From Candidatus Bathyarchaeota archaeon (GTDB taxonomy: Archaea > Thermoproteota > Bathyarchaeia > Bathyarchaeales > Bathycorpusculaceae), in the NCBI GenBank assembly GCA_963780185.1, contig CAWABA010000006.1:608001-672000 (forward strand): 64,000 bases of DNA, given 5' to 3'. The first letter of the stretch is position 1. Every line of letters starts with the position of its first letter. The notes beneath the pieces were generated by a model. It ran no database searches, was not told the DNA's origin, and saw only the letters and a program-made list of their open reading frames with translations. Both the position numbers and the translations under genes were made by a program. Positions 23,306 to 33,814 of the stretch are shown here, piece after piece.

Positions 23306-23559
23306 AAACTGCGGGCAACATCATCTTTTATGAACTGCTGAAAAATGAAAGTATGAAGAAAATTGGTTCGGCGGCTGAGGAGGCATTTAAGAAACGATAA
23401 GATGATTCCTTGCTTTGAACTGTTTGAACGGTCGAAATCGTCAAATGCCTGAAAGAAACAACCCAAAATTTTTCCATGCGCTATATAGTTGTATTCCGAA
23501 GTGGAATGACACTTTAAATATATAGTCACTTGTAAACCAATTTAGGGGTTGAGGAGAAA

Positions 23560-23985
23560 ACGCTTTCTATAGAAAGTCAAAAGCTGGAAGAGCAAACCCT
23601 TAAAAGAACACGAGACAAACTTGTAACAGCCTATCTTAGAGGTATCATACTCTCTCGATTGAAAAAAGAGCAGTTAAGCGGTTACGATCTACTTTTAATG
23701 TTAAATAAAGACCTTAAACTCTTTGTTAGCCCCGGCACTCTATACTCAAACCTATATGCTCTGGAACGACAGGGATTTGTTGAATGCAGGGAAACTGGAC
23801 GAAAAAGAATATGCAAATTAACCTACAAAGGAAAAACCATAATTGACGCAATGCAAGAATCTAGCTCGTTGAAGCGTACGCTTTTTCTGATGACGCAAGA
23901 AGTTTTTCCGGCGAAAGGCAAACAAAATCTGGCTATAAGGAATGCGGAAGATTACTACGTCAAGCATCCTGTTTACGTACATTAA
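23560..23985 (+). CDS. PadR-family regulator (tandem paralogue); start apparently non-canonical
   Basis: SGYD..SPGTLYSNLYALERQG; the open frame extends to ACG at 23560, which aligns with Met1 of the paralogue. Confidence 0.75.
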   Translation, partial: TLSIESQKLEEQTLKRTRDKLVTAYLRGIILSRLKKEQLSGYDLLLMLNKDLKLFVSPGTLYSNLYALERQGFVECRETGRKRICKLTYKGKTIIDAMQESSSLKRTLFLMTQEVFPAKGKQNLAIRNAEDYYVKHPVYVH

Positions 23986-24142
23986 AATTCTTAAGGGCTT
24001 TGATATGCCCTGTTTTTTTATATTGTCTCTTGCTTAATCGCTTTTTTTCAAAGAAAATAGCTCTCAAGAACTCACATGGGATGTTGAGAAAGGCCATTAA
24101 TGCAAAAGCCAGTTAAGTCCCGAATTGCCCGTTCCGAAAAGT

Positions 24143-24166
24143 TGTTGTTGTAATGGTACAGTCACA
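24143..24166 (+). promoter_or_regulatory. palindromic upstream element, copy 3
   Basis: TGTTGTTGT-AATGGT-ACAGTCACA then TATTTAT. Confidence 0.6.
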
Positions 24167-24211
24167 TCAGTATTTATGATTCAAGAGGCGTTATATGGAT
24201 AACAAGGGAAT

Positions 24212-24277
24212 AACTTAAAGGCAGGCGGACTGATTCTCCCCTCTCTCTTCCCGAATTTTTACGCTTGCCTTTAAGTT
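24212..24277 (+). ncRNA. candidate hairpin sRNA with CU-rich loop, copy 1
   Basis: 16-bp stem AACTTAAAGGCAGGCG/CGCTTGCCTTTAAGTT (one G-U), inner ATTC/GAAT closing TCCCCTCTCTCTTCCC; promoter upstream, pyrimidine tract downstream. Confidence 0.55.
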
Positions 24278-24616
24278 TCTCTCTCTTCTTCCTTAACCCG
24301 CATCTCTTTTTAGACAGTGTATCGCATAAAAATGTGATGGCATCTTACCGCTCTGTTGCTTCCTTGTTGCCTCTGGGTTTTGGCTAGAAACAAGCAGGGG
24401 AGTTGATCAAGGCTTTTTTGTTGATGATTTTAAATCGCCGTTGCATTTTTGCCATCAAGAAATGCCGCTTCACTTGCTGTTTCCTTGAGCAAAAAGGGCA
24501 TAGAATCATCTGCATGATTATTTTGTGTGTTAGGCTAGAAGAAACCTTATAAGGGAGCATGCACATGCGTGCATTAGGTGAAGCGGTGCATTAGCACCAA
24601 AGCACTGGTGAAACAT

Positions 24617-25018
24617 ATGCGTAGAAGCCTAACAGTTACCCCTGAAAACGACAAAAACATACTGCTAACAAAAGGAAAATTCCTAACCGGAGACAACCCA
24701 TTCGACATAGACTACACCACGCTAGTCAACATCTTCATCGAGTTAGGACACAAACTAATGATCGCAGCATGGACCGACACCGCAAACCCCAATGTCCTCA
24801 TACCCAAGAACGAAATCGTCGAATCCTTCAAAAAACACGCCTTCAGCTCAGAACTCAGAGAAGAATCAGTCGGGGACCAAGTCGCCGAAATCATATTCAG
24901 AAAACTGGTAGAACAATCCGGCCTTGCCGACGGCAACCAACCCAGCCAAAACCAGCTTCCCGCCTTGCCCGGCGAACAAATCAAGCACAAAAACGCCAAA
25001 ATACGTGAGTTAGAATAA
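24617..25018 (+). CDS. hypothetical protein at head of grpE-dnaK operon
   Basis: Clean ORF 21 bp upstream of grpE. Confidence 0.6.
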   Translation: MRRSLTVTPENDKNILLTKGKFLTGDNPFDIDYTTLVNIFIELGHKLMIAAWTDTANPNVLIPKNEIVESFKKHAFSSELREESVGDQVAEIIFRKLVEQSGLADGNQPSQNQLPALPGEQIKHKNAKIRELE

Positions 25019-25039
25019 ACACAAAGGGACAAATCCGAT

Positions 25040-25567
25040 ATGGTTGACGAAAAAGAGCCAGAGCAAAAGAATTTCGAGGAACTTATGGAAAGCGAAAAGA
25101 AGCTTTCGCAAGATTACCTGTCTAGACTAACGTACCTGCAGGCGGACTTTGAGAACCTCAAGAAACGCTTTGACCGCGAAGCTGAACAAATAAGAAACTA
25201 TTGCAGTGAACGCATAGTTATTCAGCTGTTAGAGGTAGTTGACGAGTTAGAGCTTGCCGTAAAAAACGGGGAAATCTCGGTCTCATCTGAGGGCTTGCTT
25301 GAGGGCGTCGAGATGACGTTAAAGAAGCTTAGAAAAGTTCTTGAGCAAGAAGGCGTTACACCAATAGAGAGCCCCGAAGGCAAAGTTTTTGACCCGACCC
25401 GACACAACGCGGTAGCCGCTGTCGAACAGGGCGATGTTGCTGACGGCACCGTTATTGAAGAAATAAGAAAAGGCTACTTGATGAAGGGCAAAGTAATTCG
25501 CCCCACCATCGTCAAAGTAGCAGTTAAACCAAAAAATCAAAGTAACCAAACGGAGGAAAAAAAGTAA
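25040..25567 (+). CDS. grpE: nucleotide exchange factor GrpE
   Basis: ADFENLKKR, FDPTRHNA, KGY...KVIRP..V.V. Confidence 0.96.
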   Translation: MVDEKEPEQKNFEELMESEKKLSQDYLSRLTYLQADFENLKKRFDREAEQIRNYCSERIVIQLLEVVDELELAVKNGEISVSSEGLLEGVEMTLKKLRKVLEQEGVTPIESPEGKVFDPTRHNAVAAVEQGDVADGTVIEEIRKGYLMKGKVIRPTIVKVAVKPKNQSNQTEEKK

Positions 25568-27499
25568 ATGAGTAACCAAAATCAAAAAACAAATCAAAAA
25601 GTATTAGGAATCGATTTGGGAACAACCAATTCAGCAGCCGCCATTTATGAAGGCGGACATGCCACGGTTATTCCCAGTGCGGAAGGACCAACCATGGCGG
25701 GAAAAATGTTTCCCTCAGTTGTGGCCTTCACCAAAGACGGGCAACTCTTGGTAGGTGAACCCGCGAAGCGCCAAGCAGCCACCAACACAGAAGGAACTAT
25801 CTTCGAAATAAAACGTAAAATGGGCACAGACTACAAAGTGAATGTTTACGGAAAAGAGTACAGTCCACAGCAAGTTTCAGCGTTTATCTTGCAGAAAATA
25901 AAGAAAGATGCAGAAACGTATCTTGGCGTCCCAATCAACAAGGCAGTCATCACTGTGCCAGCTCACTTCAACGACAACCAACGCCAAGCAACCAAAGACG
26001 CAGGAGAAATCGCAGGCTTCCAAGTAATGAGAATAATCAACGAACCCACCGCCGCATGCCTCGCCTACGGCATCGACAAGGTACAGCAGGAAATGAAAAT
26101 CCTCGTCTTCAGCTTCGGCGGCGGAACCCACGACGTAACCGTCATGGACTTCGGAAAAGGAGTCTTCCAGGTACTTAGCACCAGCGGAGACACTCAGCTC
26201 GGCGGAACAGACGTAGACAAAGCAGTAATGGACTACATCTTGGGCGAGTTCAAACGCCAAACAGGCATAGACATCTCAACCGACAGAATGGCGATGCCAA
26301 GGCTCAAAGACGCAGCTGAAAAAGCCAAAATCGAGCTTTCAACGCTCATGAGCACCGACATCGACCTGCCATTTCTAACCGCAGACGCATCAGGACCAAA
26401 ACACCTACACCTAACTTTAACCCGCACCAAACTTGAAGCCTTAGCACAGCCCATCGTACAGAGAACCCAGCCTACGCTTCTGAAAGCTTTGGAAGATGCA
26501 AAACTGACACCGCAAAACATTGACAAAGTCATCCTGATCGGCGGAATGACAAGAATGCCTCTTGTACAGAGATTTGTCGAACAAATCCTTGGCAAATCAC
26601 CCGAACGCGGAATTGACCCGATGGAAAGCGTTGCGATAGGAGCAGCCATCCAAGCGGCAGTTGTCACAGGCGAAGTCACAGACCTGCTTCTGCTGGACGT
26701 TACACCTTTGAGCCTCGGCGTTGAAACCATGGGCGGCGTCTTCACGAAAGTTATGGATAAGAACACGACCATCCCCACAAAGAGAAGCCAAATCTTCACC
26801 ACAGCCGCAGACTTCCAAACAGCAGTCACAATCCACGTGCTTCAAGGCGAACGAGCCATGGCAGGAGACAACGTTTCACTAGGCATGTTTAACCTGGTAG
26901 ATTTGCCTCCGGCGCCCAGAGGTGTCCCGCAAATCGAGGTAACCTTCGACATCGACGCCAACGGCATAATGAACGTTACAGCCAAGGACTTGGGCACAGG
27001 GAAAGAATCAAAGATTAGAATCACCGCCTCAACGAAACTGTCAAAGGAAGAGAAAGAGCGCTTAATCAAAGACGCCGACCAATACGCGGAGCAGGACAAG
27101 AAGAAGCGGGAAGAAGCCGAACTGCGCAACACTGCTGACAGCTTAGTTTACACGGCTGAGCGGACAAAGACGGATCTGGCGGGCAAAATCACTTCGGAAG
27201 AAACAGGAAAAATCGACGCAGCCGTAACGGAACTCAAAAACGCCTTAGCAAGCAACGACATGGCGCAGGTTAAAGCGAAATCAGACACATTGCAGAAAGT
27301 GTTGCAGGAAGTCGGAACCAAAGTTTACCAGCAAGCCGCACAAGAATACGCAAAACAGCAAGGACAACAGCAACCGGGACAGGCACCGCCAGGCGGAGAA
27401 GGACCACAAATGCCACCGAGCGGCGAACCTGAAGGACCAGAACCCCAAGGCAGCGGCGAAGAAAAAGTGGTTGACTCAGAAGACTACAAAGTAAAGTAG
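25568..27499 (+). CDS. dnaK: molecular chaperone DnaK
   Basis: [42 protein letters not shown]. Confidence 0.98.
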   Translation: MSNQNQKTNQKVLGIDLGTTNSAAAIYEGGHATVIPSAEGPTMAGKMFPSVVAFTKDGQLLVGEPAKRQAATNTEGTIFEIKRKMGTDYKVNVYGKEYSPQQVSAFILQKIKKDAETYLGVPINKAVITVPAHFNDNQRQATKDAGEIAGFQVMRIINEPTAACLAYGIDKVQQEMKILVFSFGGGTHDVTVMDFGKGVFQVLSTSGDTQLGGTDVDKAVMDYILGEFKRQTGIDISTDRMAMPRLKDAAEKAKIELSTLMSTDIDLPFLTADASGPKHLHLTLTRTKLEALAQPIVQRTQPTLLKALEDAKLTPQNIDKVILIGGMTRMPLVQRFVEQILGKSPERGIDPMESVAIGAAIQAAVVTGEVTDLLLLDVTPLSLGVETMGGVFTKVMDKNTTIPTKRSQIFTTAADFQTAVTIHVLQGERAMAGDNVSLGMFNLVDLPPAPRGVPQIEVTFDIDANGIMNVTAKDLGTGKESKIRITASTKLSKEEKERLIKDADQYAEQDKKKREEAELRNTADSLVYTAERTKTDLAGKITSEETGKIDAAVTELKNALASNDMAQVKAKSDTLQKVLQEVGTKVYQQAAQEYAKQQGQQQPGQAPPGGEGPQMPPSGEPEGPEPQGSGEEKVVDSEDYKVK

Positions 27500-27536
27500 T
27501 TCCCATCTTTCCTTTTCATTTTTGATTTCCGCTTTA

Positions 27537-27576
27537 GTCAAGTTTCCTTGACTTGGCTTAGTCAAGTTTTCTATAC
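27537..27576 (+). promoter_or_regulatory. tandem operator GTCAAG-N4-CTTGAC-N8-GTCAAG-N4-CTATAC
   Basis: Same architecture on the minus strand at 61599-61640; both precede TATA boxes of surface-protein genes. Confidence 0.6.
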
Positions 27577-27613
27577 GGCAACACTTTAAAGCCAATTCAG
27601 CGCCCGTTGACTT

Positions 27614-28502
27614 GTGATTACTACGAGCAAAATCTGTGCCTTAATTTTCCTATCTATATTGGCGATTTCGAGTCTGACCCTAATCATTTTGGATATGTCA
27701 CAGGCTCAAACAGCTGAGCCATTTGTCCCCGAATTCACCGTGAAGTACGTTGACCGCTCCTACACAACACCAGTGGTTACGACTCAGTCAACTGATCCCT
27801 TCACAGGGCAACAAGTGACACATACCAGCGGCGGCCAATACGTAGTCAACAAAACAATCGACACCACAATCCAAAACCAACCCTACACGCCCACCACATA
27901 CCCTAATGGCACAGTCATTCAACTTTACTATAGCATTCGCATGAAGGGGCACTTCGCGGATTGGACACCCGTTGCCGACGGCGGCTATGCTTTTCGGCGA
28001 GTCTTAGCATCAACTTCCGATTATACAGTTGCAACCTTCACGATAGGAAGCTCGGACAACGATATTCTAATGGGCTATGCAAACGTGATTATATCTGAAG
28101 GCGGCCAAGAAGATTTTCAAGTCAGCGCACAAGTAGGCTACTTAGTCCCGGATTATGGCGGACACATTATTCCGCAGCCACTTGGATATGATTTTCATCT
28201 CTTTTGGAGACAGCGGCTGGAGCAGCATACAAGAATACAAAATAGGCAACACTGCAACACTCACATCAACCCAGCAACCGTCCCAACCGACAAACCAAAC
28301 ATCCTTCCCTACTCCTTCGCCCGTTCAGAACCCCACGGTTGCAGCTAACCAATCCAGCACACAAACTGGTTCACACTTCACGTTGGATTGGGAAAAGACC
28401 GCGTTGATAATCTTAGTTGCGGCGATTGCAGTCATGGCTGTCGGCATGGCTATGCTCTGGCGTAAGGTATCCGCTAAAACGTCCGTTCAAGAGAGTCCTT
28501 AA
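27614..28502 (+). CDS. secreted, membrane-anchored protein, frameshift near 28195
   Basis: Signal peptide, P.VPEFTVKYVD.SY motif; S/T/P linker plus TM in the second frame. Confidence 0.75.
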
Positions 28503-28692
28503 CCCAAAAACACGCTCAACTTGAGGGAAATGTACAAAGTCAAACGAACCAGCAACCCCTCTTTTCTTTTTTTCTTTTGTTTGCAGCTTTTTTGTGGTCT
28601 GCAGGATTTCATATAACGTTCTAAAGCTTAGTCTTAAATGAACGCCTCGCCAATAAAAATTCAATTACGGTGTAATATCGGAGGCGGCGGAC

Positions 28693-29695
28693 TTGGTCGG
28701 AAAAAAGAGGAAAGTAATTCTTGCTGTAGTTGCCTTATTGTTGGTCTCTGTAGCTCTATCTGTTCTTGTTTTCCCCGATATCCACAGCTACATTTTTCCC
28801 AAAGTGTCCGTTGAGATGCCCTCGATAACACCGATGATGTGGCCTGTCATATCCAACGTCGAATTAAACCAGTCACAAGGGTTTGGCTCGTCGCTGACGC
28901 CCGATGACTCAAACGATCTCCCTTCACGGTTGCTCATTCTGCCGCCCAGCGGTTCAGGTACGGTACCTGTCGTTGTCTCCTCTCCCGTTAACGTCTCATT
29001 TGAGGTTTCGATAAGCGTCTATACTAGGGTCGGAGAATGCAACAACTCAGGGCATTCACTTCAACTTCTTCCCCGAGAACTTCACCGTCACCCCGGGGCA
29101 ACAAGCCACTTCAACCTTGACCATCACCGCAGACGAAAACGCCAAGCAACAACTGTGCACTCCCACGATTACAATACAAACCAACAGGCAAAACAGCGCC
29201 CCCTACGTATTGGGAGGAGCCATAGCTGGACCATCACTGCTCATCGCCAACTACCTTCCCGCATGCCTTTATCAGGTGGACGAACTGGCGATTCCTTCAT
29301 CTGTTCTGGTGATGAATCTGCCTTCCAACTCATCTTCCGCAAGTCCCACGCACGCAACGTGGCCCCTATTTGTTCCCGCTCCGTACCAACTTCCTAACGC
29401 GCCTCCCCTGAACCTTTCACGGGGGCAAACGGCAACCGTCTCTTTCTGCTGCTTCGCCCCTGACCAAATAGCCATTAACGACCAGCTGGACATGAACGTC
29501 ACGGCGCAAAAAGGGTTGACTGCCGAGTTTTCAACGACGCCAACCGACGTGGTTCTGACCAGTACAAGGGGAAACATGTATTTGGTGACGGTGACCGCCA
29601 ACCCAACTCTCGCCGCGGGGACTTATCAGGTGAGGGGTGAGGCAGCGCTAGGTTCCCACTTGTTCGACTGGTCTCTCACTTTCGCGGTCGGCTAA
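28693..29695 (+). CDS. secreted Ig-like repeat protein, frameshift near 29070
   Basis: N-terminal TM; beta-rich segments continue in ORF 29117-29695. Confidence 0.65.
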
Positions 29696-29882
29696 CTCTT
29701 CCTTCTTCTTGATGCGGCAACTCCAAATGCAAGCAACCTGCCACCACAACTAGAGACGCAGCGATGCAGATTAACGCTGAAGACGGGATTTCGGGCACGC
29801 TTCCAGGCGTTTGCTCAAGGAGTTTAGGACATGTCGCCGCGGTGGGGCGCGACCTCGAAAGAAACCGTCGGAATCCGCCCAT
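29691..29882 (-). pseudogene. remnant C-terminus of a PEF-type anchored surface protein
   Basis: VPEIPS plus hydrophobic stretch; the shifted frame ends LLAFGVAASRRRKS*. Confidence 0.4.
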
Positions 29883-30233
29883 AACTGCCTATGCAAAATA
29901 CATGGAAAGTCGCATTCCGCCCATCCCAAAGTCGCAACCGACAATACGCAACATAGAACACGACCAAACACGACCAGACCTACAAACGAAACAAGCCCCA
30001 AACCAACAAAACAACCCAAAACACAAACAGAAAAAAGTCTCAACTTATTCCTACGGCAAACCCCAACAAAAATGTAGAGAAAACCGAAAACTCGAAAGCA
30101 ACCCCAGAAAAAAGCGCCAAGGAAACCCTTCTTGCGCCAAAAAACGGGTTTGCGGCAGGGAAATGGTATAAATCTGAGTCTATATGCATACTTTCAGTTA
30201 ACAAAAAAAAGCTGATTTAGCGGTAAATGGCTG

Positions 30234-31337
30234 ATGGCTGAAAAGAAAGATTACTACGAGGTTCTGGGCGTTAAACGGGACGCTTCACCAGACGAAATCA
30301 AAGACGCCTACCGAAAGCTAGCCATGCAGTTTCATCCAGACCGAAACAAAGATGCTGGCGCGGAAGAAAGATTCAAGGAAATCAGCGAAGCCTACGCCGT
30401 GCTCAGCGACACCCAGAAACGGCAGCAGTATGATACACTTGGCCATTCAGGGTTTGACCAACGTTACACTTCAGAGGACATTTTCAGAGGAGCCGACTTC
30501 GACTCGATTTTCCGAGACACGGGCTTCGGCGACATTTTCCGAACCTTCTTCGGCGGCGGAGGCTTTACCGAGCGAAGCAACAGAGGCAGAGACTTAGGTT
30601 TTGACCTTGAAATCACGTTGGAGGAAGCCGCCCGCGGAACCGAAAAAGAGGTTGAGATTCCGCGAACCGAAAAATGCGACGTCTGCGGCGGCTCAGGCGC
30701 AAAGCCGGGCACTTCAGCTAAGATTTGCTCAAGATGCGGCGGCTCGGGTCAAGTTCAAAACATGCAAAGAAGCGCATTTGGCACCTTTGTGCAGGTTACA
30801 GCTTGCCCACAATGCCGAGGAAAAGGCAGAATCATCGAAACGCCCTGCCCCAACTGCCACGCCACAGGGCTTGTGCGGAAACGCAGAAAAATCACCGTGC
30901 GCATCCCAGCAGGCATAGATGACGGCAATCAGCTTAGGCTGCGGGGCGAAGGCGAAAATGTAGCTAACGGCGGCGAAGCAGGCGACCTCTACGTCATTGT
31001 CCACGTTAAGCCAAGTCTACAGTATCTGCGGGAAGGCGACGACTTATGGTACGTTGCTATGGTTACTTTTCCGCAGGCGGCACTAGGAGCCGAAGTATCC
31101 GTCCCAACCTTTGATGGACCAACAACCGTGAAGATTCGTGCGGGAACACAGCCCGGCGAAGTGTTGACTTTGAGGGGAAAAGGCATGCCTCGGTTCAGAG
31201 CCTACGGCAAAGGCGACCTGCATGTGCGAATCGGGATTTCTATTCCGGAGAAATTAACAAGCCAGCAGCGGGCACTTATCGAGCAGTTAGCTAAGGAATT
31301 TGGCACTGAAGTTCCAAAGCACAGATTCAAGCTTTAA
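30234..31337 (+). CDS. dnaJ: molecular chaperone DnaJ
   Basis: HPD J-domain, four CxxCxxxG zinc motifs. Confidence 0.97.
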   Translation: MAEKKDYYEVLGVKRDASPDEIKDAYRKLAMQFHPDRNKDAGAEERFKEISEAYAVLSDTQKRQQYDTLGHSGFDQRYTSEDIFRGADFDSIFRDTGFGDIFRTFFGGGGFTERSNRGRDLGFDLEITLEEAARGTEKEVEIPRTEKCDVCGGSGAKPGTSAKICSRCGGSGQVQNMQRSAFGTFVQVTACPQCRGKGRIIETPCPNCHATGLVRKRRKITVRIPAGIDDGNQLRLRGEGENVANGGEAGDLYVIVHVKPSLQYLREGDDLWYVAMVTFPQAALGAEVSVPTFDGPTTVKIRAGTQPGEVLTLRGKGMPRFRAYGKGDLHVRIGISIPEKLTSQQRALIEQLAKEFGTEVPKHRFKL

Positions 31338-31421
31338 CCTGAACCAAACAGGTCGTCGCCGCAAAGTTTATTGTCACAAATTACTTTATTGTATGTCTGT
31401 TTTTGCGGAGCTTGACTATTG

Positions 31422-32120
31422 ATGAAGTTTGAAACAAAAATAGCTGAGATTATTCCTCGAACCGCGGATATAACCAGTTTCCGTTTCCCCCGACCCGCCG
31501 ACTTGAACTATAAGCCTGGGCAATTCTTTTTTGTCGCCTTAAAACAAGACGGCAAAGAACTCAACAAGCACTTCAGCTTCAGCAGCAGCCCAACCGACGC
31601 AGGCTTCATCGAATTCACGAAGCGGATAACTGACCACGAGTACTCGATGGCTCTTAAAGCCGCCAAAGTCGGCGACTGGGCAAGAATCGACGCACCCTAC
31701 GGAGAATTCACCTTCGACGGCGAACACCCCAAAATCGCTTTTCTGGCAGGCGGCATCGGCGTAACCCCATTCATGAGCATCTGCAAAAACGCCACCGACA
31801 AACATTTGGATTCGCAAATCACGCTTTTCCTCGGTTGCCGCACACCCAGTGACATTCCCTTCAGGCAGGAACTGGAGGCGATGCAGCAAGCGAACAAGAA
31901 TTTGAAGCTTCACTTCGTCGTTAACCAGGCGGGTCCCGACTGGAAGGGTGCCACGGGCATAATTACGGCGGATATGATTCAGAAGGAGCTGCCTGACTAC
32001 AAAGACAACATCTTTTACTGCTGCGGACCGCCTGGAATGGTTACCGCCATGGGGAAGCTCATTGATAGCTTTGGATTGCCGAAAGCTCAGTTAAAACTGG
32101 AGTTTTTCACAGGCTACTAA
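31422..32120 (+). CDS. FAD/NAD(P)-binding oxidoreductase (FNR superfamily)
   Basis: PGQF, FSFSSSP, AGGIGVTPF, CGPPGM, C-terminal F.GY. Confidence 0.88.
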   Translation: MKFETKIAEIIPRTADITSFRFPRPADLNYKPGQFFFVALKQDGKELNKHFSFSSSPTDAGFIEFTKRITDHEYSMALKAAKVGDWARIDAPYGEFTFDGEHPKIAFLAGGIGVTPFMSICKNATDKHLDSQITLFLGCRTPSDIPFRQELEAMQQANKNLKLHFVVNQAGPDWKGATGIITADMIQKELPDYKDNIFYCCGPPGMVTAMGKLIDSFGLPKAQLKLEFFTGY

Positions 32121-32171
32121 TAAACAGCCTTTGGCTTAATTCTCTCCAAGAAAGGTAGGGAAAAGGGGGAG

Positions 32172-33461
32172 TTATGGGTAGAATCGTCGGGTTGTTCTCG
32201 GGAACGGGATGGCGTCGATGATGTTGTCTAAGTCAAGCATCCATGTCAAGAGGCGTTCAAGCCCCATTCCGAAGCCCACATGCGGCACCGTGCCGTAGCG
32301 TCTCAAGTCAAGGTACCACTCGTACTCTTCAGGTTTGAGCCCCTGCTCCTTCATACGTTGAATCAGGACGTCTTTGTCTTCTTCCCTTGCGCCGCCCGTG
32401 CTGATTTCACCGATCCGCGGCACCATCATATCCACTGACATCGCGATTTCAGGGTGCTCACGATAGGTCTTGCAGTAGAACGCTTTAATCGCCGTCGGGT
32501 AATCGTAGACGAAGAAGGGTTTGCCGAAGTCTTCAGCCAGAACCTTCTCATCCTCATAGCCTAAATCAGCGCCCCAGCTCAGCAGGGGGTTCTTTACTTT
32601 TAGCCTGTTGATTGCTTCGGCGTAGGTTATGCGTGGGAACGGCGTTTTCACCGTTTTCAGCTTTTCGATGTCGGCGCCGATTTCCGTGAATTCTTTTTGG
32701 CAGTTGTCTCCGATGGTGTGGCAGACATGCTCCATCATGCCTTCTTCGAACTTCATCAAATCATTCATGTCTGCGAAAGGCCATTCCGCCTCCATATGCC
32801 AGTACTCGGTCAGGTGCCTGATTGTTCGGCTTTTCTCAGCGCGAAAAGACGGCGCAATGCAGTAAACGTTTTCCAGCGAGTAGATGAGGATTTCAAGGTA
32901 AAGTTGGCTGCTCTGGGTCAAGTAGAGGTCTTGGTCGAAGTATTTTAAGCCGAAAAGAGTGGAGCCTCCTTCAACCGCCGCAGAAATGAACATTGGCGGA
33001 GAAACCTCAGTGTACCCTTGGCTTTTGAAGTACTCCCGCGTTGCCTCCAACGTTTCGGCGCGGACCTTCATCATCAGGTTCATTTTTCGGCTTCTGAGCC
33101 AAAGATGCCGCATGTCACGGATGAACTCTTCGCTTTTGTCTTTGGCAATCGGGAAAGTCTCAGCCAAACCGACGACAGCGACGTTTTCTGCGCTGATTTC
33201 GTAGCCGCCCGGCGCCCGTTTGTCTTCCCGAGCGGTGCCTTCAAGCGTTAAGCTGGATTCAATCGTAACCCGCTGAGCTTCAGCCCATGCAGGACTGATT
33301 TTCTTCACTGTGCATTGGATAAAGCCAGTTGAGTCACGGATAACTAGGAAAATGAGTTCTTTGCCTTCGCGTTTGCGGTAAACCCATCCGCGAACAACAA
33401 CCTTCTGGTCCTTAAAGGAGCCGCCTAATATGTCGCCTATTTTTGCGTAAGCCATCAGCAT
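32172..33461 (-). CDS. asnS: asparagine--tRNA ligase
   Basis: OB fold; LTQSSQLYLE, FRAEKSRTIRHLTE, RRYGTVPHVGFGMGLER. Confidence 0.92.
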   Translation of the reverse strand: MLMAYAKIGDILGGSFKDQKVVVRGWVYRKREGKELIFLVIRDSTGFIQCTVKKISPAWAEAQRVTIESSLTLEGTAREDKRAPGGYEISAENVAVVGLAETFPIAKDKSEEFIRDMRHLWLRSRKMNLMMKVRAETLEATREYFKSQGYTEVSPPMFISAAVEGGSTLFGLKYFDQDLYLTQSSQLYLEILIYSLENVYCIAPSFRAEKSRTIRHLTEYWHMEAEWPFADMNDLMKFEEGMMEHVCHTIGDNCQKEFTEIGADIEKLKTVKTPFPRITYAEAINRLKVKNPLLSWGADLGYEDEKVLAEDFGKPFFVYDYPTAIKAFYCKTYREHPEIAMSVDMMVPRIGEISTGGAREEDKDVLIQRMKEQGLKPEEYEWYLDLRRYGTVPHVGFGMGLERLLTWMLDLDNIIDAIPFPRTTRRFYP

Positions 33462-33814
33462 CAACCGTTTCCTTAATACCCAAATTCAAACCTAAATGCC
33501 TATCGATTTTAAGATTCAAATTTCAGGTATCCCAAAAAACATTATTCCATTAAAGGCGGCAATTCGGGAGTGCAAGCGTTTCCTGATTTTCATTATTGCC
33601 AATCATTAAGGAGCAAGAATGCACATCTTATATAACTTATGAATGAGATTTTGCATAAAATCCAACAGGCAAAAATGAAAGAGCTATGGGACAACGAGGA
33701 AGATGGGGCTTGGAAAGACGCCTAAAGCTAACTTGTTTTCTCAAATGCTTTCGCTGGTTTGCGCCCCGCAATTCTTAAATCGCCCTCGCAGAGACGTTTC
33801 TTTAGATTGGGCAA

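Noticed and set aside
29764-30171. 135-aa ORF before dnaJ
   Set aside because: Product of A/C-rich low-complexity DNA, no recognisable motifs
33620-33725. Antitoxin-like tail (ELWDNEEDGAWKDA)
   Set aside because: Too short, no clear start and no toxin partner; at most a remnant
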